Made by a program: the position numbers and the translations under genes. Under the pieces are notes generated by a model. It did no database searches. It was not told the DNA's origin and saw nothing but the letters and a program-made list of their open reading frames with translations. From Patescibacteria group bacterium (GTDB lineage: Bacteria; Patescibacteriota; Minisyncoccia; Phycocordibacterales; CAIZLB01): a DNA stretch of 64,000 nucleotides. Location of the stretch: positions 7,650 through 71,649 of the forward strand of contig JAZKJG010000001.1 of the NCBI GenBank assembly GCA_040384445.1, in the 5' to 3' direction. Shown here in pieces: positions 25,271 to 35,662 of this stretch. How positions within the stretch are numbered: the stretch's first letter is position 1; the number at the start of each line of letters is the position of its first letter.

Positions 25271-28200
25271 ATGGGTACATTTATCATAAAGCACGTTCAG
25301 AAAAACTGTAAAAAGTTTTTAAAAACTTTCCTTATCTTAGGATTGTTTTTAATGTGTTTTACTGCATATAGTGTGGTATATGCTGCGTTTAATCCTCAGA
25401 TAAATTACCAGGGAAAACTTACAGATGCTTCAGGTAACCCTGTTGCAAATGGAACATACAATATTGAATTTAAATTGTATACAGTTTCAAGTGGTGGAAG
25501 TCCTATTTGGACAGAAACAAGAACTGGAGGAGATAAGGTTACAATTACAAATGGACTGTTCAGTGTGATGCTTGGAAGTGTAAATTCAATTTCAGGAATT
25601 GATTTTAATCAACCATTATATCTAGGGGTAAATATTGGAGGAACAGGTTCACCATCTTATGACGGTGAAATGACTCCTCGAAAAACTTTCGGTACTGTAC
25701 CTGCATCATTTGTTGCACAGACACTTGAAGGATATCGAGCGATTCAATTTTTGCGAAGTGATGTTATAAATTCAACAAGTACAGGAGCTACGTTTTTAAA
25801 ACTTGAGCAAGCTGGAGCTGGAGCGATTGCAGAATTTATTGGAAATACTTCATCAACAATTCTTGGAATATATTCTGCAGGAGGTGGAGCTGTTGGAATT
25901 GGAACAACAACTCCAACAGAGAAGCTTACTATTGCAAATGGAAATTTGTTACTACAAGGAGAATACGGTGTGAAATGGACAGGAGGTTCTCAACTGTACG
26001 AACAAACTGTTGCAGGGGCTGGAGTTGATAGAATGATTTATCGACCTAATGGAGATCGATTTGATGTTATCGATGAAGCCGGTTCAACGTTCATGGCATC
26101 ATTCAATGTAAGTAATATACAGTTGTTTACTGCAGGTGTTTCAAGATTGTTTATTGATTCTTCAGGAAACCTTGGTATTGGAACTACGACCCAAACAGAA
26201 AAACTCACAATCGCAGGAAACATCAACCTCACCGGTGCATTCAAATCAAACGGAAACGCCGGAACACTGGGACAAGTATTACAAACAACAGGAACTGGGG
26301 TGCAATGGGTTGCAACATCAACTCTTGGAATATCAGGCGGATCACTCTCAGGTGGAACTAATGGGTATCTATCACGATGGACAAGTTCCTCAACTTTGAG
26401 TACGGGATTATTTCTAGACAATGGAACTGTAGCGGGAATTAACGCAACATCTTCATCATACACATTTAATGTAAAAGGATCAGGAGCGCTCGGTGCCTTC
26501 AATGTTGCGTCGTCGACTGGTACTTCGCTCCTCAACGTGAGGGCGAATGGGTATGTAGGAATCGGAACAAACGCTGCTGCATATCAGCTGGATGTAAAAG
26601 CTGATACTTCTGGCATTACTAACGTACTGAACCTAAGTAGTTCTATGACAGGGGCTGGAGATGGTACAGGAATTCTATTCTCTAGTTCTGAGGGAAGTCT
26701 ACATGCGCGTATACGAACCAGTGCCTATACAGGTACAACAGCAGGTTTAATATTCGAAGTAACCCCTTCAACTGATACCTTAACTGAAGCACTGCGTATC
26801 ACAGATACTGGAAATGTAGGAATCGGAACAACAACTCCATCTGCAAAACTAGATGTATGGGGAAATTTGAAAGTAGGAACATCATCAACACCAATTTTGT
26901 TTGCAAACACAGCAACAGGAAAAGTTGGTATTGGAACAGTATCGCCAGCGCATACATTAGATTTGGGAGGAGTAAGTCCGACTTTAAATGTTGGGTTATA
27001 CGGAGGGGGAGGTGCTGCAACTATTCGTATGTTGGGGGAAGCATTGTTTAGTTTCTCTGGTGGAACAGTCGGATCAACTATTGCAATAGGCTCTGCTGAT
27101 ACTTCTGTTGATTTTGACCTTGCGTTCCATGCAGGAGGATCGAACAGAATGTATATAGATGGGGCGACTGGTAATGTTGGAATCGGAACAACAACATCAG
27201 TAGAACTTCTCACAATTGCAGGAAATCTCAACCTCACAGGTGCACTCAAATCAAACGGAAATGCAGGAACTCTCGGACAAATATTACAAACAACAGGAAC
27301 CGGAGTACAATGGGTTGCTACATCATCATTAGGTATTTCAGGTGGAGGAGGATCGGGAACTGTAAACTCTGGACTTCTTGGTCAAGTTGCTTTTTATAGT
27401 GCAAATGGAACAGCGGTTTCAGGAACTTCAACATTGTTTATCACTGGTGAAAAGATTGGAGTTGGAACAACGACTGTAACAGAAAAATTAGTAGTCGATG
27501 GAAATGCTCTTATTACAGGATTACTAAAAGGTGGTACTTCTGCAAATATTAATTTAAATGGACTGTCTAATAACGGTGTAGATTTTAACTATTTAAATGG
27601 AGGTATATTTCGTACTGCAGAAACAAGTATTGCAGGAACAAATGATATATTCTTCCAAGGAGTTCCTGCTACTACTGCTGGATATACCTATCTTGAAGCA
27701 TGGCAATCTGCTGGTTTGATTTTAGGAACGGGAAATTCAACTGCAATTATTTTCAAACCAAACAGAACTGAATACATGCGACTTACTGGAACTGGTGATT
27801 TGGGAATTGGGACATCTACTCCAATTGCAAAACTTGCAGTTACAGGAACAGGAACAACAACAGGTAAAGCTTTCGTTGTTGCAAACTCAAACAATACTCC
27901 GATATTCACAATGCTTGATAATGGAAATATTGGAAATGGTGTAGGCGCTGACCCTGTATCATGGGATTTCCATATACAAAGAACTGGAAATTTGTACGCA
28001 ACCCTACAAAGTTCAACAGGACATTCTACCCTTCGTCTTGTGAGTGCCACAGGGTTGAGCCCCACTCTTCATTTTGGTGACGGGTCAAGTAATCGATGGG
28101 ACGTTGTTTCAAATGGTTCAAACTCAGGAAACCTTGAGTTTAATTCATATTCTGTAGGAAATGTAATGAGTCTAGGTTTGACAACTGGACTTGTAGGAAT

Positions 28201-31200
28201 CGGAACATCTACTCCATCCGCAAAACTGGATGTATGGGGAAATTTGAAGGTAGGTACATCATCAACTCCAACATTGTTTGTAAACACTGCAACAGGAAAA
28301 GTTGGTATTGGATCTTCAACTCCGGTAAGTAAACTTTCTGTTGTGGCATCATCAGGGGTAGCTGTGACATTTGAAAATACAGCAACATGGTCAGGTTCAG
28401 AGTTTGCACTTGATGTAAAAGGTTACTCAAACTTAAGTGGACTCAGGATTAATGCAGCTGACGGAATTAATGCACTCTACAACGGGGCAAATACAACTCT
28501 GGGATTTACAAATAATCAAGGGTATCCAATTACGTTTTCATCATGGAATGGCACAGTAACTGAATTGATGAGAATTGATACAACAAGTGGGAAGATTGGA
28601 ATTGGAACTTCAACAGCAACGGAAATTCTTTCTGTCGCAGGAAATATCAACCTCACCGGTTCATTCAAATCTAACGGAAACGCAGGAACTCTTGGACAAG
28701 TGTTACAAACAACTGGAACAGGAGTACAGTGGGTTGCAACATCATCACTTGGAATAACGGGTGGAGGTATATCAGGAACTGTAAACTCAGGGCTGCTCGG
28801 TCAAGTTGCTTTTTATGATGCCAACGGAACAGTGGTTTCAGGAACTTCAACATTATTTATTACTGGAGAAAAACTTGGTATAGGAACTACAACTCCTGGA
28901 TACAAACTGACTGTTGACGGAGATGTGTGGCTTGGAACTACGACTCTTGCAAATGGTAATCTTGTTATTGGTAAGGATGGCTCTGTTGCATCACGAGGCA
29001 TGCTCCACTCTATTTTCCTTGGGAAAGATTCTGGAACATCTACAGCTGCTACTGGTAATTCAAACTTCTTCGGAAATGGTGCAGGACAATATGCAACAAA
29101 CGCAGATAACTCAAACTTCTTTGGATCTGGAGCAGGAGAATCTGCTACTGAAGCAGCAGGATCAAACTTCTTTGGGGCAGTGGCAGGAAGTGGAGCAACA
29201 TATGCAGCAGGATCAAACTTCTTCGGAGCTGGAGCTGGATTCTCTGCAACAGAAGCTGCATACTCAAACTTCTTCGGAGAAAATACAGGAAGTTTTGCGA
29301 CATATGCTGACAACTCAAACTTCTTTGGTGCCGCTGCAGGAAACAATGCAACAAATGCATCATCATCAAACTTCTTTGGTGCTGCCGCTGGAGACAGTGC
29401 TACAAATGCTTTCAATTCAAACTTCTTTGGAAGATTAGCTGGAGCCGGCGCAGCTAATGCAGCAAACTCAAACTTTGTGGGTTATAACGCTGGAAATAAT
29501 TCAACCAACGCTGCACTCTCAAACTTCATTGGATACAATGCTGGTAACGATGCAACAAACGCATCGTCATCAAACTTCATCGGATTCCTTGCTGGAATGC
29601 AGGCGACAAATGCATCATCATCAAACATTTTTGGATCATATGCAGGTTACCAATCAACGAATGCTGCCTACTCAAACTTCATCGGATATGGTGCAGGACA
29701 GTACGCAACAAATGCACGTAACTCTAACTTCCTAGGACTAGGAGCTGGAGGAGGAGCTGCAGGTGCATATGATTCAAACTTCTTTGGTGTGAACGCAGGA
29801 TCAAATACAAATGCATTTAGATCAAACTTTATGGGATATGAAGCAGGAAGTACTGCAACAAACGCAACCTACTCAAACTTCACTGGATATTATGCTGGAT
29901 ATGGTGCAACCAATGCAAATGACTCTAACTTTATCGGTAGAAATGCGGGATACAATGCAACAAACGCATCAACAACTAACTTCATAGGATATAATGCAGG
30001 ACAAAACGCAACGAATGCAAACTTATCAAACTATATTGGGTACTATGCAGGAAATGGAGCAACAAACGCTTCAAACGTGAATGCACTTGGTGCATATGCA
30101 GGTCAAAATGCAACGAATGCCTCAAACTCATTCTTCGTAGGATATCAAGCAGGAAATAATGCAACAAATGCAAACATGGTAACTGCTATTGGATATCTTG
30201 CAGGATCTGGTGCATCTGATGCCATATTCTCAAACTTCTTTGGATATGGAGCCGGACAAAACGCAACAAACACATCAAACTCAAACTTCTTTGGAGCTAG
30301 TGCAGGGTCAGGAGCTTCACAAGTTTCAAACTCAAACTTCTTTGGGGTAAGTGCAGGTAGTGCTGCAGTAGGTGCAAGTGCATCAAACTTCTTTGGATCT
30401 GGAGCAGGACAAAACGCAACTAACGCAGTATCTTCTAACTTCTTTGGATTTTCAACAGGATCTGGTGCAACCAATGCAATATTCTCTAACTTCTTCGGAC
30501 AATATGCAGGTCAAAATGCAACGAATGCTTCGTACTCAAATTTCTTCGGATTCAATTCGGGATATGGAGCAACTACTGCCCAGAACTCAACATTTATGGG
30601 TCCACAAGCGGGATATCAGGCTGCTAATGCTAATAATGCAATATTCCTAGGGCAAAACTCAGGATACAATGATACGGTAAATAACTCAACCAACTGGAAG
30701 TCTTCAATCCTTATTGGAGATTACACATCAACTGGAGGTTTCTCAAACTCAATCGCTATCGGTCAAGGTACAAAAAACAGTGCAACAGAGCAATTAAACT
30801 TAGGGGGCTTGATTTATGGACTGGGAATACGAGCAACAACAACACCAACTGCCACTCCTGTTTCTGGAGGTCTTGTAGGTATTGGAACTTCAACTCCAGG
30901 AACTATACTTACAATTGTTGCAGATGCTTCTGTTGATAGTGGTTTGTCGGTTATCGGTAACAATAATGGTTTCTTCGAAGGTAATATTCAAAACTTAAGT
31001 TCAGGAGTAAATGCCTCATCTGATTGGGTGGCAACAGCAAATAACGGAGATGATACCATTCATTACATTGATATGGGAATCAACGGTAGTGGAGGAGGAG
31101 CTGCACCATTTACAGGTGCTAACCAGGCGTACCTGTATTCTGTAAGTGATACACTCAACATTGGAGCATTAGGAACCGGAAATACTGTTAACTTCTATAC

Positions 31201-32719
31201 AACTGGTGGAACTTCTCCAGTAGAGAGAATGCGGATTGATAGTTTTGGAAATATTGGAATTGGAACCACAACTGTTCCTGCTTCACTATCATTGGCGAGC
31301 GCAACAACAACTGGTGATGCAATCTCAGTTCATGGACCATTAGGAACGAAACTTTTCAGTGTAAAACTTATTGCTCAAAACTTCGGAGGGCTTGTTGAAT
31401 CAGGAGCATTTATGGGTAACAACTCATTTTTTGCAGAAGAGTTTAACGTAGATACTGCGCTTATCAGTGCTGACAGTGCAGCGATTGGAGATAACGGAGG
31501 TATGTATTTTGATACAACATCTGTTACGTCAACATATTCAGCTACAGACTTCATTGGTGGATACGGAAGACTTGTGGCAAGTACCACAACGGGTGTTGGT
31601 GGATTGATTGGTTTTGGAAATGCTCAGAACAACCTTAGTTTAATGTTCTCTAAAGCAAACTTACCTGTTGTACAGATGAAAGTGAGAACAAATATTAACA
31701 ACACAACAAACGATACTTTTTGGGGGCTTATGGACCAGGCTACTGCTCCAACTGCGAACGACACGGCTCCAGCAAACGGTATATATTTCTGGAATAACAA
31801 CGCAGCAGGAGGATGGCAAGGGGTTGTGCGAAGTGGAGGTGCAAACGTAGGTACAGTAACTTGTCCAGGTGCTATCAGTACTACACAGTTTGCAATAGGA
31901 AGAATTCAGGTAGAAAGTACTTCAACCGTACGATTTTTGATTGATAACGATATTACAACTGACGGAGTTAATATGGTGGATTGTGGAACTGTGACAGGGG
32001 CAAACCCTTCTGCAGCTCTTGGAATCGCACTGTATAATATTCATACAGAAAACACTGCGACAGCAAGAAATATTGATATTGATTATATGCGAGTGTGGCA
32101 AGATGATGCGTCAACATCCTCAGATGAATCACTTGCAGGAGATGTTTCTTCAACTCCAGAAAAACTTACACAGTTCCTAGATAATGGATATCTTGTAGAC
32201 GGACTTGAATTAATGGGCAGAATTCAATCTGAAGATCAAAAAAATGTACTGGAAATTATTACGGATAAGGTGAAGAAAAATATGGAAATAGTTTCGGAAT
32301 TTGTGGCGCTTCGAGTTGTGGCAATGCGAGGATATTTTGAGGAGGTATTTACAAAGAAAATCCACACTGAAAAAATGTGTCTGAAGAAATCAGATGGTTC
32401 TGAGTATTGTGTAAATGGAGATGAGTTGCAATCAATCATGGAAGGAAAGGGTGTGGTGGTATCACCAACAACGAACCAGCCTGAAAATGTAGCCCCTACC
32501 TCTACGTCAACTTCAGATTCAGTGAGTGGTGGGGCAGCAACAAATACTGCTAACGAAGATCCTGATAGTTCCTCACCAACGGTGCAAGAGACTGAACAGC
32601 TCCCTCCTCCATCTGAAACTGTTCAGGAGCCTGCGTTTGAGCCCGAACCAGCACCAGCATCAACACCTGAACCTACTCCAACTTCGACACCAGAAGCTGC
32701 CCCTGCTCCAACAGAGTAG
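25271..32719 (+). CDS. Second giant (2482 aa) secreted fibre-like adhesin, paralogous to 7575-21308
   Basis: Signal peptide and INYQGKLTD..GIDFNQPLYL..MTPR N-domain. GNVGIGTTTP motifs, 14-aa SNFFG repeats, a lectin-like domain, and a Cys-pair plus P/E/T tail. Confidence 0.9.
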   Translation: MGTFIIKHVQKNCKKFLKTFLILGLFLMCFTAYSVVYAAFNPQINYQGKLTDASGNPVANGTYNIEFKLYTVSSGGSPIWTETRTGGDKVTITNGLFSVMLGSVNSISGIDFNQPLYLGVNIGGTGSPSYDGEMTPRKTFGTVPASFVAQTLEGYRAIQFLRSDVINSTSTGATFLKLEQAGAGAIAEFIGNTSSTILGIYSAGGGAVGIGTTTPTEKLTIANGNLLLQGEYGVKWTGGSQLYEQTVAGAGVDRMIYRPNGDRFDVIDEAGSTFMASFNVSNIQLFTAGVSRLFIDSSGNLGIGTTTQTEKLTIAGNINLTGAFKSNGNAGTLGQVLQTTGTGVQWVATSTLGISGGSLSGGTNGYLSRWTSSSTLSTGLFLDNGTVAGINATSSSYTFNVKGSGALGAFNVASSTGTSLLNVRANGYVGIGTNAAAYQLDVKADTSGITNVLNLSSSMTGAGDGTGILFSSSEGSLHARIRTSAYTGTTAGLIFEVTPSTDTLTEALRITDTGNVGIGTTTPSAKLDVWGNLKVGTSSTPILFANTATGKVGIGTVSPAHTLDLGGVSPTLNVGLYGGGGAATIRMLGEALFSFSGGTVGSTIAIGSADTSVDFDLAFHAGGSNRMYIDGATGNVGIGTTTSVELLTIAGNLNLTGALKSNGNAGTLGQILQTTGTGVQWVATSSLGISGGGGSGTVNSGLLGQVAFYSANGTAVSGTSTLFITGEKIGVGTTTVTEKLVVDGNALITGLLKGGTSANINLNGLSNNGVDFNYLNGGIFRTAETSIAGTNDIFFQGVPATTAGYTYLEAWQSAGLILGTGNSTAIIFKPNRTEYMRLTGTGDLGIGTSTPIAKLAVTGTGTTTGKAFVVANSNNTPIFTMLDNGNIGNGVGADPVSWDFHIQRTGNLYATLQSSTGHSTLRLVSATGLSPTLHFGDGSSNRWDVVSNGSNSGNLEFNSYSVGNVMSLGLTTGLVGIGTSTPSAKLDVWGNLKVGTSSTPTLFVNTATGKVGIGSSTPVSKLSVVASSGVAVTFENTATWSGSEFALDVKGYSNLSGLRINAADGINALYNGANTTLGFTNNQGYPITFSSWNGTVTELMRIDTTSGKIGIGTSTATEILSVAGNINLTGSFKSNGNAGTLGQVLQTTGTGVQWVATSSLGITGGGISGTVNSGLLGQVAFYDANGTVVSGTSTLFITGEKLGIGTTTPGYKLTVDGDVWLGTTTLANGNLVIGKDGSVASRGMLHSIFLGKDSGTSTAATGNSNFFGNGAGQYATNADNSNFFGSGAGESATEAAGSNFFGAVAGSGATYAAGSNFFGAGAGFSATEAAYSNFFGENTGSFATYADNSNFFGAAAGNNATNASSSNFFGAAAGDSATNAFNSNFFGRLAGAGAANAANSNFVGYNAGNNSTNAALSNFIGYNAGNDATNASSSNFIGFLAGMQATNASSSNIFGSYAGYQSTNAAYSNFIGYGAGQYATNARNSNFLGLGAGGGAAGAYDSNFFGVNAGSNTNAFRSNFMGYEAGSTATNATYSNFTGYYAGYGATNANDSNFIGRNAGYNATNASTTNFIGYNAGQNATNANLSNYIGYYAGNGATNASNVNALGAYAGQNATNASNSFFVGYQAGNNATNANMVTAIGYLAGSGASDAIFSNFFGYGAGQNATNTSNSNFFGASAGSGASQVSNSNFFGVSAGSAAVGASASNFFGSGAGQNATNAVSSNFFGFSTGSGATNAIFSNFFGQYAGQNATNASYSNFFGFNSGYGATTAQNSTFMGPQAGYQAANANNAIFLGQNSGYNDTVNNSTNWKSSILIGDYTSTGGFSNSIAIGQGTKNSATEQLNLGGLIYGLGIRATTTPTATPVSGGLVGIGTSTPGTILTIVADASVDSGLSVIGNNNGFFEGNIQNLSSGVNASSDWVATANNGDDTIHYIDMGINGSGGGAAPFTGANQAYLYSVSDTLNIGALGTGNTVNFYTTGGTSPVERMRIDSFGNIGIGTTTVPASLSLASATTTGDAISVHGPLGTKLFSVKLIAQNFGGLVESGAFMGNNSFFAEEFNVDTALISADSAAIGDNGGMYFDTTSVTSTYSATDFIGGYGRLVASTTTGVGGLIGFGNAQNNLSLMFSKANLPVVQMKVRTNINNTTNDTFWGLMDQATAPTANDTAPANGIYFWNNNAAGGWQGVVRSGGANVGTVTCPGAISTTQFAIGRIQVESTSTVRFLIDNDITTDGVNMVDCGTVTGANPSAALGIALYNIHTENTATARNIDIDYMRVWQDDASTSSDESLAGDVSSTPEKLTQFLDNGYLVDGLELMGRIQSEDQKNVLEIITDKVKKNMEIVSEFVALRVVAMRGYFEEVFTKKIHTEKMCLKKSDGSEYCVNGDELQSIMEGKGVVVSPTTNQPENVAPTSTSTSDSVSGGAATNTANEDPDSSSPTVQETEQLPPPSETVQEPAFEPEPAPASTPEPTPTSTPEAAPAPTE
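29008..30670 (+). repeat. 42-nt / 14-aa coding tandem repeat in fibre 2 (roughly 40 units by length)
   Basis: Same ATNAxxSNFFGxxAG consensus as 15978-19530. Confidence 0.92.
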
Positions 32720-32750
32720 TGGAGAAATATGGGTGGTATGGTAAAATATA

Positions 32751-32876
32751 AGGGTCTCCTAATAGTCGGCTTAGACCTTTCTTATCGGGGAGTCTACCGT
32801 AGTTAAAGAAACCGTGGTTTCTTTCTCGCGACACCCACCTAGCTTAAACACTAGGTCCGACTACTTGGGAGGCTTT
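32751..32876 (+). ncRNA. ssrS: Compact 6S RNA candidate (~126 nt)
   Basis: Ends pair (AGGGTCTCCTAA / TTGGGAGGCTTT). TTAGACC..GGGAGTC..GACACCCACCTAG..CTAGGTCCGA resembles the Bacillus-type 6S motifs UUGACC..GGGAGCC..GGCACCCACCUG..GGUUCAA. Extended -10 TGGTAAAAT at 32739-32747. Confidence 0.7.
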
Positions 32877-32920
32877 ATCAATACTTACTTTATGTTATAT
32901 TAAGTACTGATAAAGCCTAT

Positions 32921-33331
32921 ATGACACCAGAGATATATTCATGGAAAAAACCATTTTTTAGCGCAGCAGCATGTTTATTTGTGCTATTGATATTGAACGA
33001 TGTTGCAGTTCAACTTGCTTTATATTGGGGATACAAATGGCTTGATATACCATTTCATTTCATTGGAGGATTTGGAGTAGGTTTGGCAAGTATTGGACTA
33101 CTACGGATCGCATTTCCAGGTGAAAAATATATAAATAGTCCTCAGCTTTTATATACTGTACTTCTTACATTGTTTGTTGGTGCTTCATGGGAAGCAGTAG
33201 AAACGTATTATGACGTGTCTGTTCTCTTTGGTGGAAATTTCTGGTTTGATACATATAAAGATTTGCTTATGGATACACTTGGTGGGATACTTAGCTACAT
33301 ATGTTTCCATCCGCGCAAAAAAAATCTGTAA
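32921..33331 (+). CDS. Small multi-pass membrane protein (DUF2238/VanZ-like)
   Basis: Four hydrophobic segments. Motifs WLDIPFHFIGG, WEAVE, DTYKDLLMDTLGG. Confidence 0.75.
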   Translation: MTPEIYSWKKPFFSAAACLFVLLILNDVAVQLALYWGYKWLDIPFHFIGGFGVGLASIGLLRIAFPGEKYINSPQLLYTVLLTLFVGASWEAVETYYDVSVLFGGNFWFDTYKDLLMDTLGGILSYICFHPRKKNL

Positions 33332-34728
33332 ATACAGAGACACAAGAATCAGCCGAAATTACATTTTGTGGAGGAGTGTCCTCAGTAACAGGAGCAAATT
33401 TTCTGCTCAATATTAAAAAACAAGGTACTCAAAAAAAGATACTTGTAGATTGTGGTATGGAACAGGGAAGTGAGAAAGCAAAGATTTATAATGCATCTCC
33501 ATTTATATTTGATCCAAAAGAAATCGAAATACTTCTTGTAACTCATGCACATATGGATCATATTGGACTCATTCCAAAACTTGTTCGACATGGCTTCAGA
33601 GGTGTTATATATAGTACTCCTGAGACCCGAGACTTGTGTGTGTTTATGCTTGATGATGCACTAAAATTAGTTACCCAAGAAGCAGAAGAACATCATGTTG
33701 ATCCTCTCTATGAGGCAGAAGATTTAAAGCTTGCATTTACACTGTGGAAAACAATCCCATACCATACTGAGTTTAGTTTAGGTGATGATGTGAATGTGTA
33801 TCTCAAAGATGCAGGTCATGTCCTCGGGTCATCAATGTTCGAGATTCGTGTACCTTTAAACGGTATCACGCGTAAGTTTTTGTTTACAGGTGATCTTGGA
33901 AATAGTCCATGTCCGATTTTAAAAGATACTGAATCAATAGAAGGAGTTGACTATGTTGTTATGGAAAGTGTGTACGGCGATAGAAATCATGAAGATAAAG
34001 CGGAGCGACTGCAGAAATTGCAAATGAATATCGAAGATATTATCGAACGAAACGGAGTGTTGCTTATCCCATCATTTTCTCTCGAAAAAACACAAGAGGT
34101 ACTTTTTGAAATAAATAAATTATTCGAAGATGGACATGTCCGAGAGATTCCTGTATATCTCGATTCACCACTCGCAAGTAAGCTGCTCCCTATTTATAAA
34201 AAATATACAAAAGATTATAATAAAGAAGCAACAGACAGAAGAATGAAAGGTGATGATATTTTAAATTTTAAAACACTTAAAATTATCGGGAGTGCAGAAG
34301 AATCAAAGGCAATAAAGTTTTCTAAAAATCCAAAGATTATTATGGCAGGTTCAGGTATGTCTACTGGAGGAAGAATTATGCACCACGAATTAAATTATCT
34401 TGATGATGACAATACGATTATCTTATTCATGGGATTTCAGGCGCTTGGAACCTTAGGACGTCAGATTCGGGATGGTGAAAAAAACGTACGAATATATAAT
34501 CATGATGTACATATTCGGGCTGAGATTCGTACAATTGACGGGTATTCAGGGCACAAGGATTCTGATAACCTTCAGGAGTTTGTTTCTACTGCTGCTGATA
34601 CTGTGAAAAAAATCTTTGTAACTATGGGTGAGACAAAATCAGCGCTCTTCTTAGTACAGCGCCTCAGAGACTATCAGGGACTTGATGCGATGCATCCTGA
34701 ACAAGGTCAGACAATTGTGCTACATTAA
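33301..34728 (+). CDS. MBL-fold metallo-hydrolase, beta-CASP family (putative RNA-processing nuclease)
   Basis: [39 protein letters not shown] motifs. Confidence 0.92.
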   Translation: MFPSAQKKSVNTETQESAEITFCGGVSSVTGANFLLNIKKQGTQKKILVDCGMEQGSEKAKIYNASPFIFDPKEIEILLVTHAHMDHIGLIPKLVRHGFRGVIYSTPETRDLCVFMLDDALKLVTQEAEEHHVDPLYEAEDLKLAFTLWKTIPYHTEFSLGDDVNVYLKDAGHVLGSSMFEIRVPLNGITRKFLFTGDLGNSPCPILKDTESIEGVDYVVMESVYGDRNHEDKAERLQKLQMNIEDIIERNGVLLIPSFSLEKTQEVLFEINKLFEDGHVREIPVYLDSPLASKLLPIYKKYTKDYNKEATDRRMKGDDILNFKTLKIIGSAEESKAIKFSKNPKIIMAGSGMSTGGRIMHHELNYLDDDNTIILFMGFQALGTLGRQIRDGEKNVRIYNHDVHIRAEIRTIDGYSGHKDSDNLQEFVSTAADTVKKIFVTMGETKSALFLVQRLRDYQGLDAMHPEQGQTIVLH

Positions 34729-34736
34729 TATCGTAC

Positions 34737-35612
34737 ATGACCCCTGCTCAGATACAATCAAGAATAGATGAAATAGAGCTTGCAATGCTTGAGAGTGATT
34801 TTTGGGTGGATAGCATAAAGGCTCAAGGGATCATGAAAGAATTGCAACAACTGAAAGCAGATCTTGTTGCTGGAGATTTTTCTCAAGTTGATGCAATCGT
34901 GAGTATTATATCTGGTGCAGGAGGTGACGATGCAGAAGATTTTGTAGGAATGCTTTTTTCAATGTATCAAAAGTTTTGTCAGAAAAATGGATGGGGGATG
35001 AGTATACTTCATGATCAACCTAATACTCTTGGAGGATATAAACAAATCATGTTTGAAATAAAAGGCAGGGGATCATATGGAATATTAAAAAATGAATCAG
35101 GTGTTCATCGACTTGTGCGAACATCTCCGTTTAATTCAAAAGGATTACGCCATACTTCTTTTGCACTTGTTGAAGTAGTTCCAAAACTTGACAAGGTGCT
35201 TGACGATTTCAAGTTGGATGAAAGTGAATTAGATATCACAACTCAGAAAGCTGGAGGCCCTGGAGGACAAAACGTAAACAAAAGAGAAACGGCAGTGCGT
35301 ATTGTTCATAAGCCAACAGGTATTTCTGTTCATGTTACAACTGAACGAGCACAAGCACAAAACAAAGAAAAGGCACTTCATATTATCCAAGCAAAACTTT
35401 TGAAAAAAAGAGATGATGATATGAAAGCAAAAGAAAAAGGATTGTCGACTACTGCGCATATTCAAATTGAGTGGGGATCACAGATTAGATCGTATGTGTT
35501 GCATCCATACAAGATGGTGAAAGATCATAGAACAGAATATGAGACAAGTTCGGTGGATGATGTTCTTGAGGGTGATATTGAAGGATTTTTGGAGGCTGAG
35601 AAGGGGTTGTAA
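34737..35612 (+). CDS. prfB: Peptide chain release factor 2, shortened N-terminal domain
   Basis: [12 protein letters not shown] specificity tripeptide, [28 protein letters not shown]. Confidence 0.93.
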   Translation: MTPAQIQSRIDEIELAMLESDFWVDSIKAQGIMKELQQLKADLVAGDFSQVDAIVSIISGAGGDDAEDFVGMLFSMYQKFCQKNGWGMSILHDQPNTLGGYKQIMFEIKGRGSYGILKNESGVHRLVRTSPFNSKGLRHTSFALVEVVPKLDKVLDDFKLDESELDITTQKAGGPGGQNVNKRETAVRIVHKPTGISVHVTTERAQAQNKEKALHIIQAKLLKKRDDDMKAKEKGLSTTAHIQIEWGSQIRSYVLHPYKMVKDHRTEYETSSVDDVLEGDIEGFLEAEKGL

Positions 35613-35615
35613 AAT

Positions 35616-35648
35616 AAAAAACACCTCACCTGGATTGAACAGGTGAGG
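35616..35648 (-). terminator. Intrinsic terminator between convergent prfB and the minus-strand ORF
   Basis: CCTCACCTG-loop-CAGGTGAGG with an A-run on the left (U-run on the minus strand). Confidence 0.7.
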
Positions 35649-35662
35649 GAAGTTTGATTTTG

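Noticed and set aside
7877-32439. Many 60-260 aa antisense and alternate-frame ORFs over the giant genes (and over rpoBC and gyrA)
   Set aside because: Shadow ORFs caused by codon bias and repeats. No independent motifs.
7575-32719. Prophage tail region
   Set aside because: Both giants have signal peptides and host-like codon usage. No capsid, terminase, portal or integrase is present in the window.
7575-32719. Diversity-generating retroelement template/variable repeats
   Set aside because: No reverse transcriptase in the window. All repeat copies are coding, and the differences appear to be mainly third-position rather than adenine-specific (not computed).
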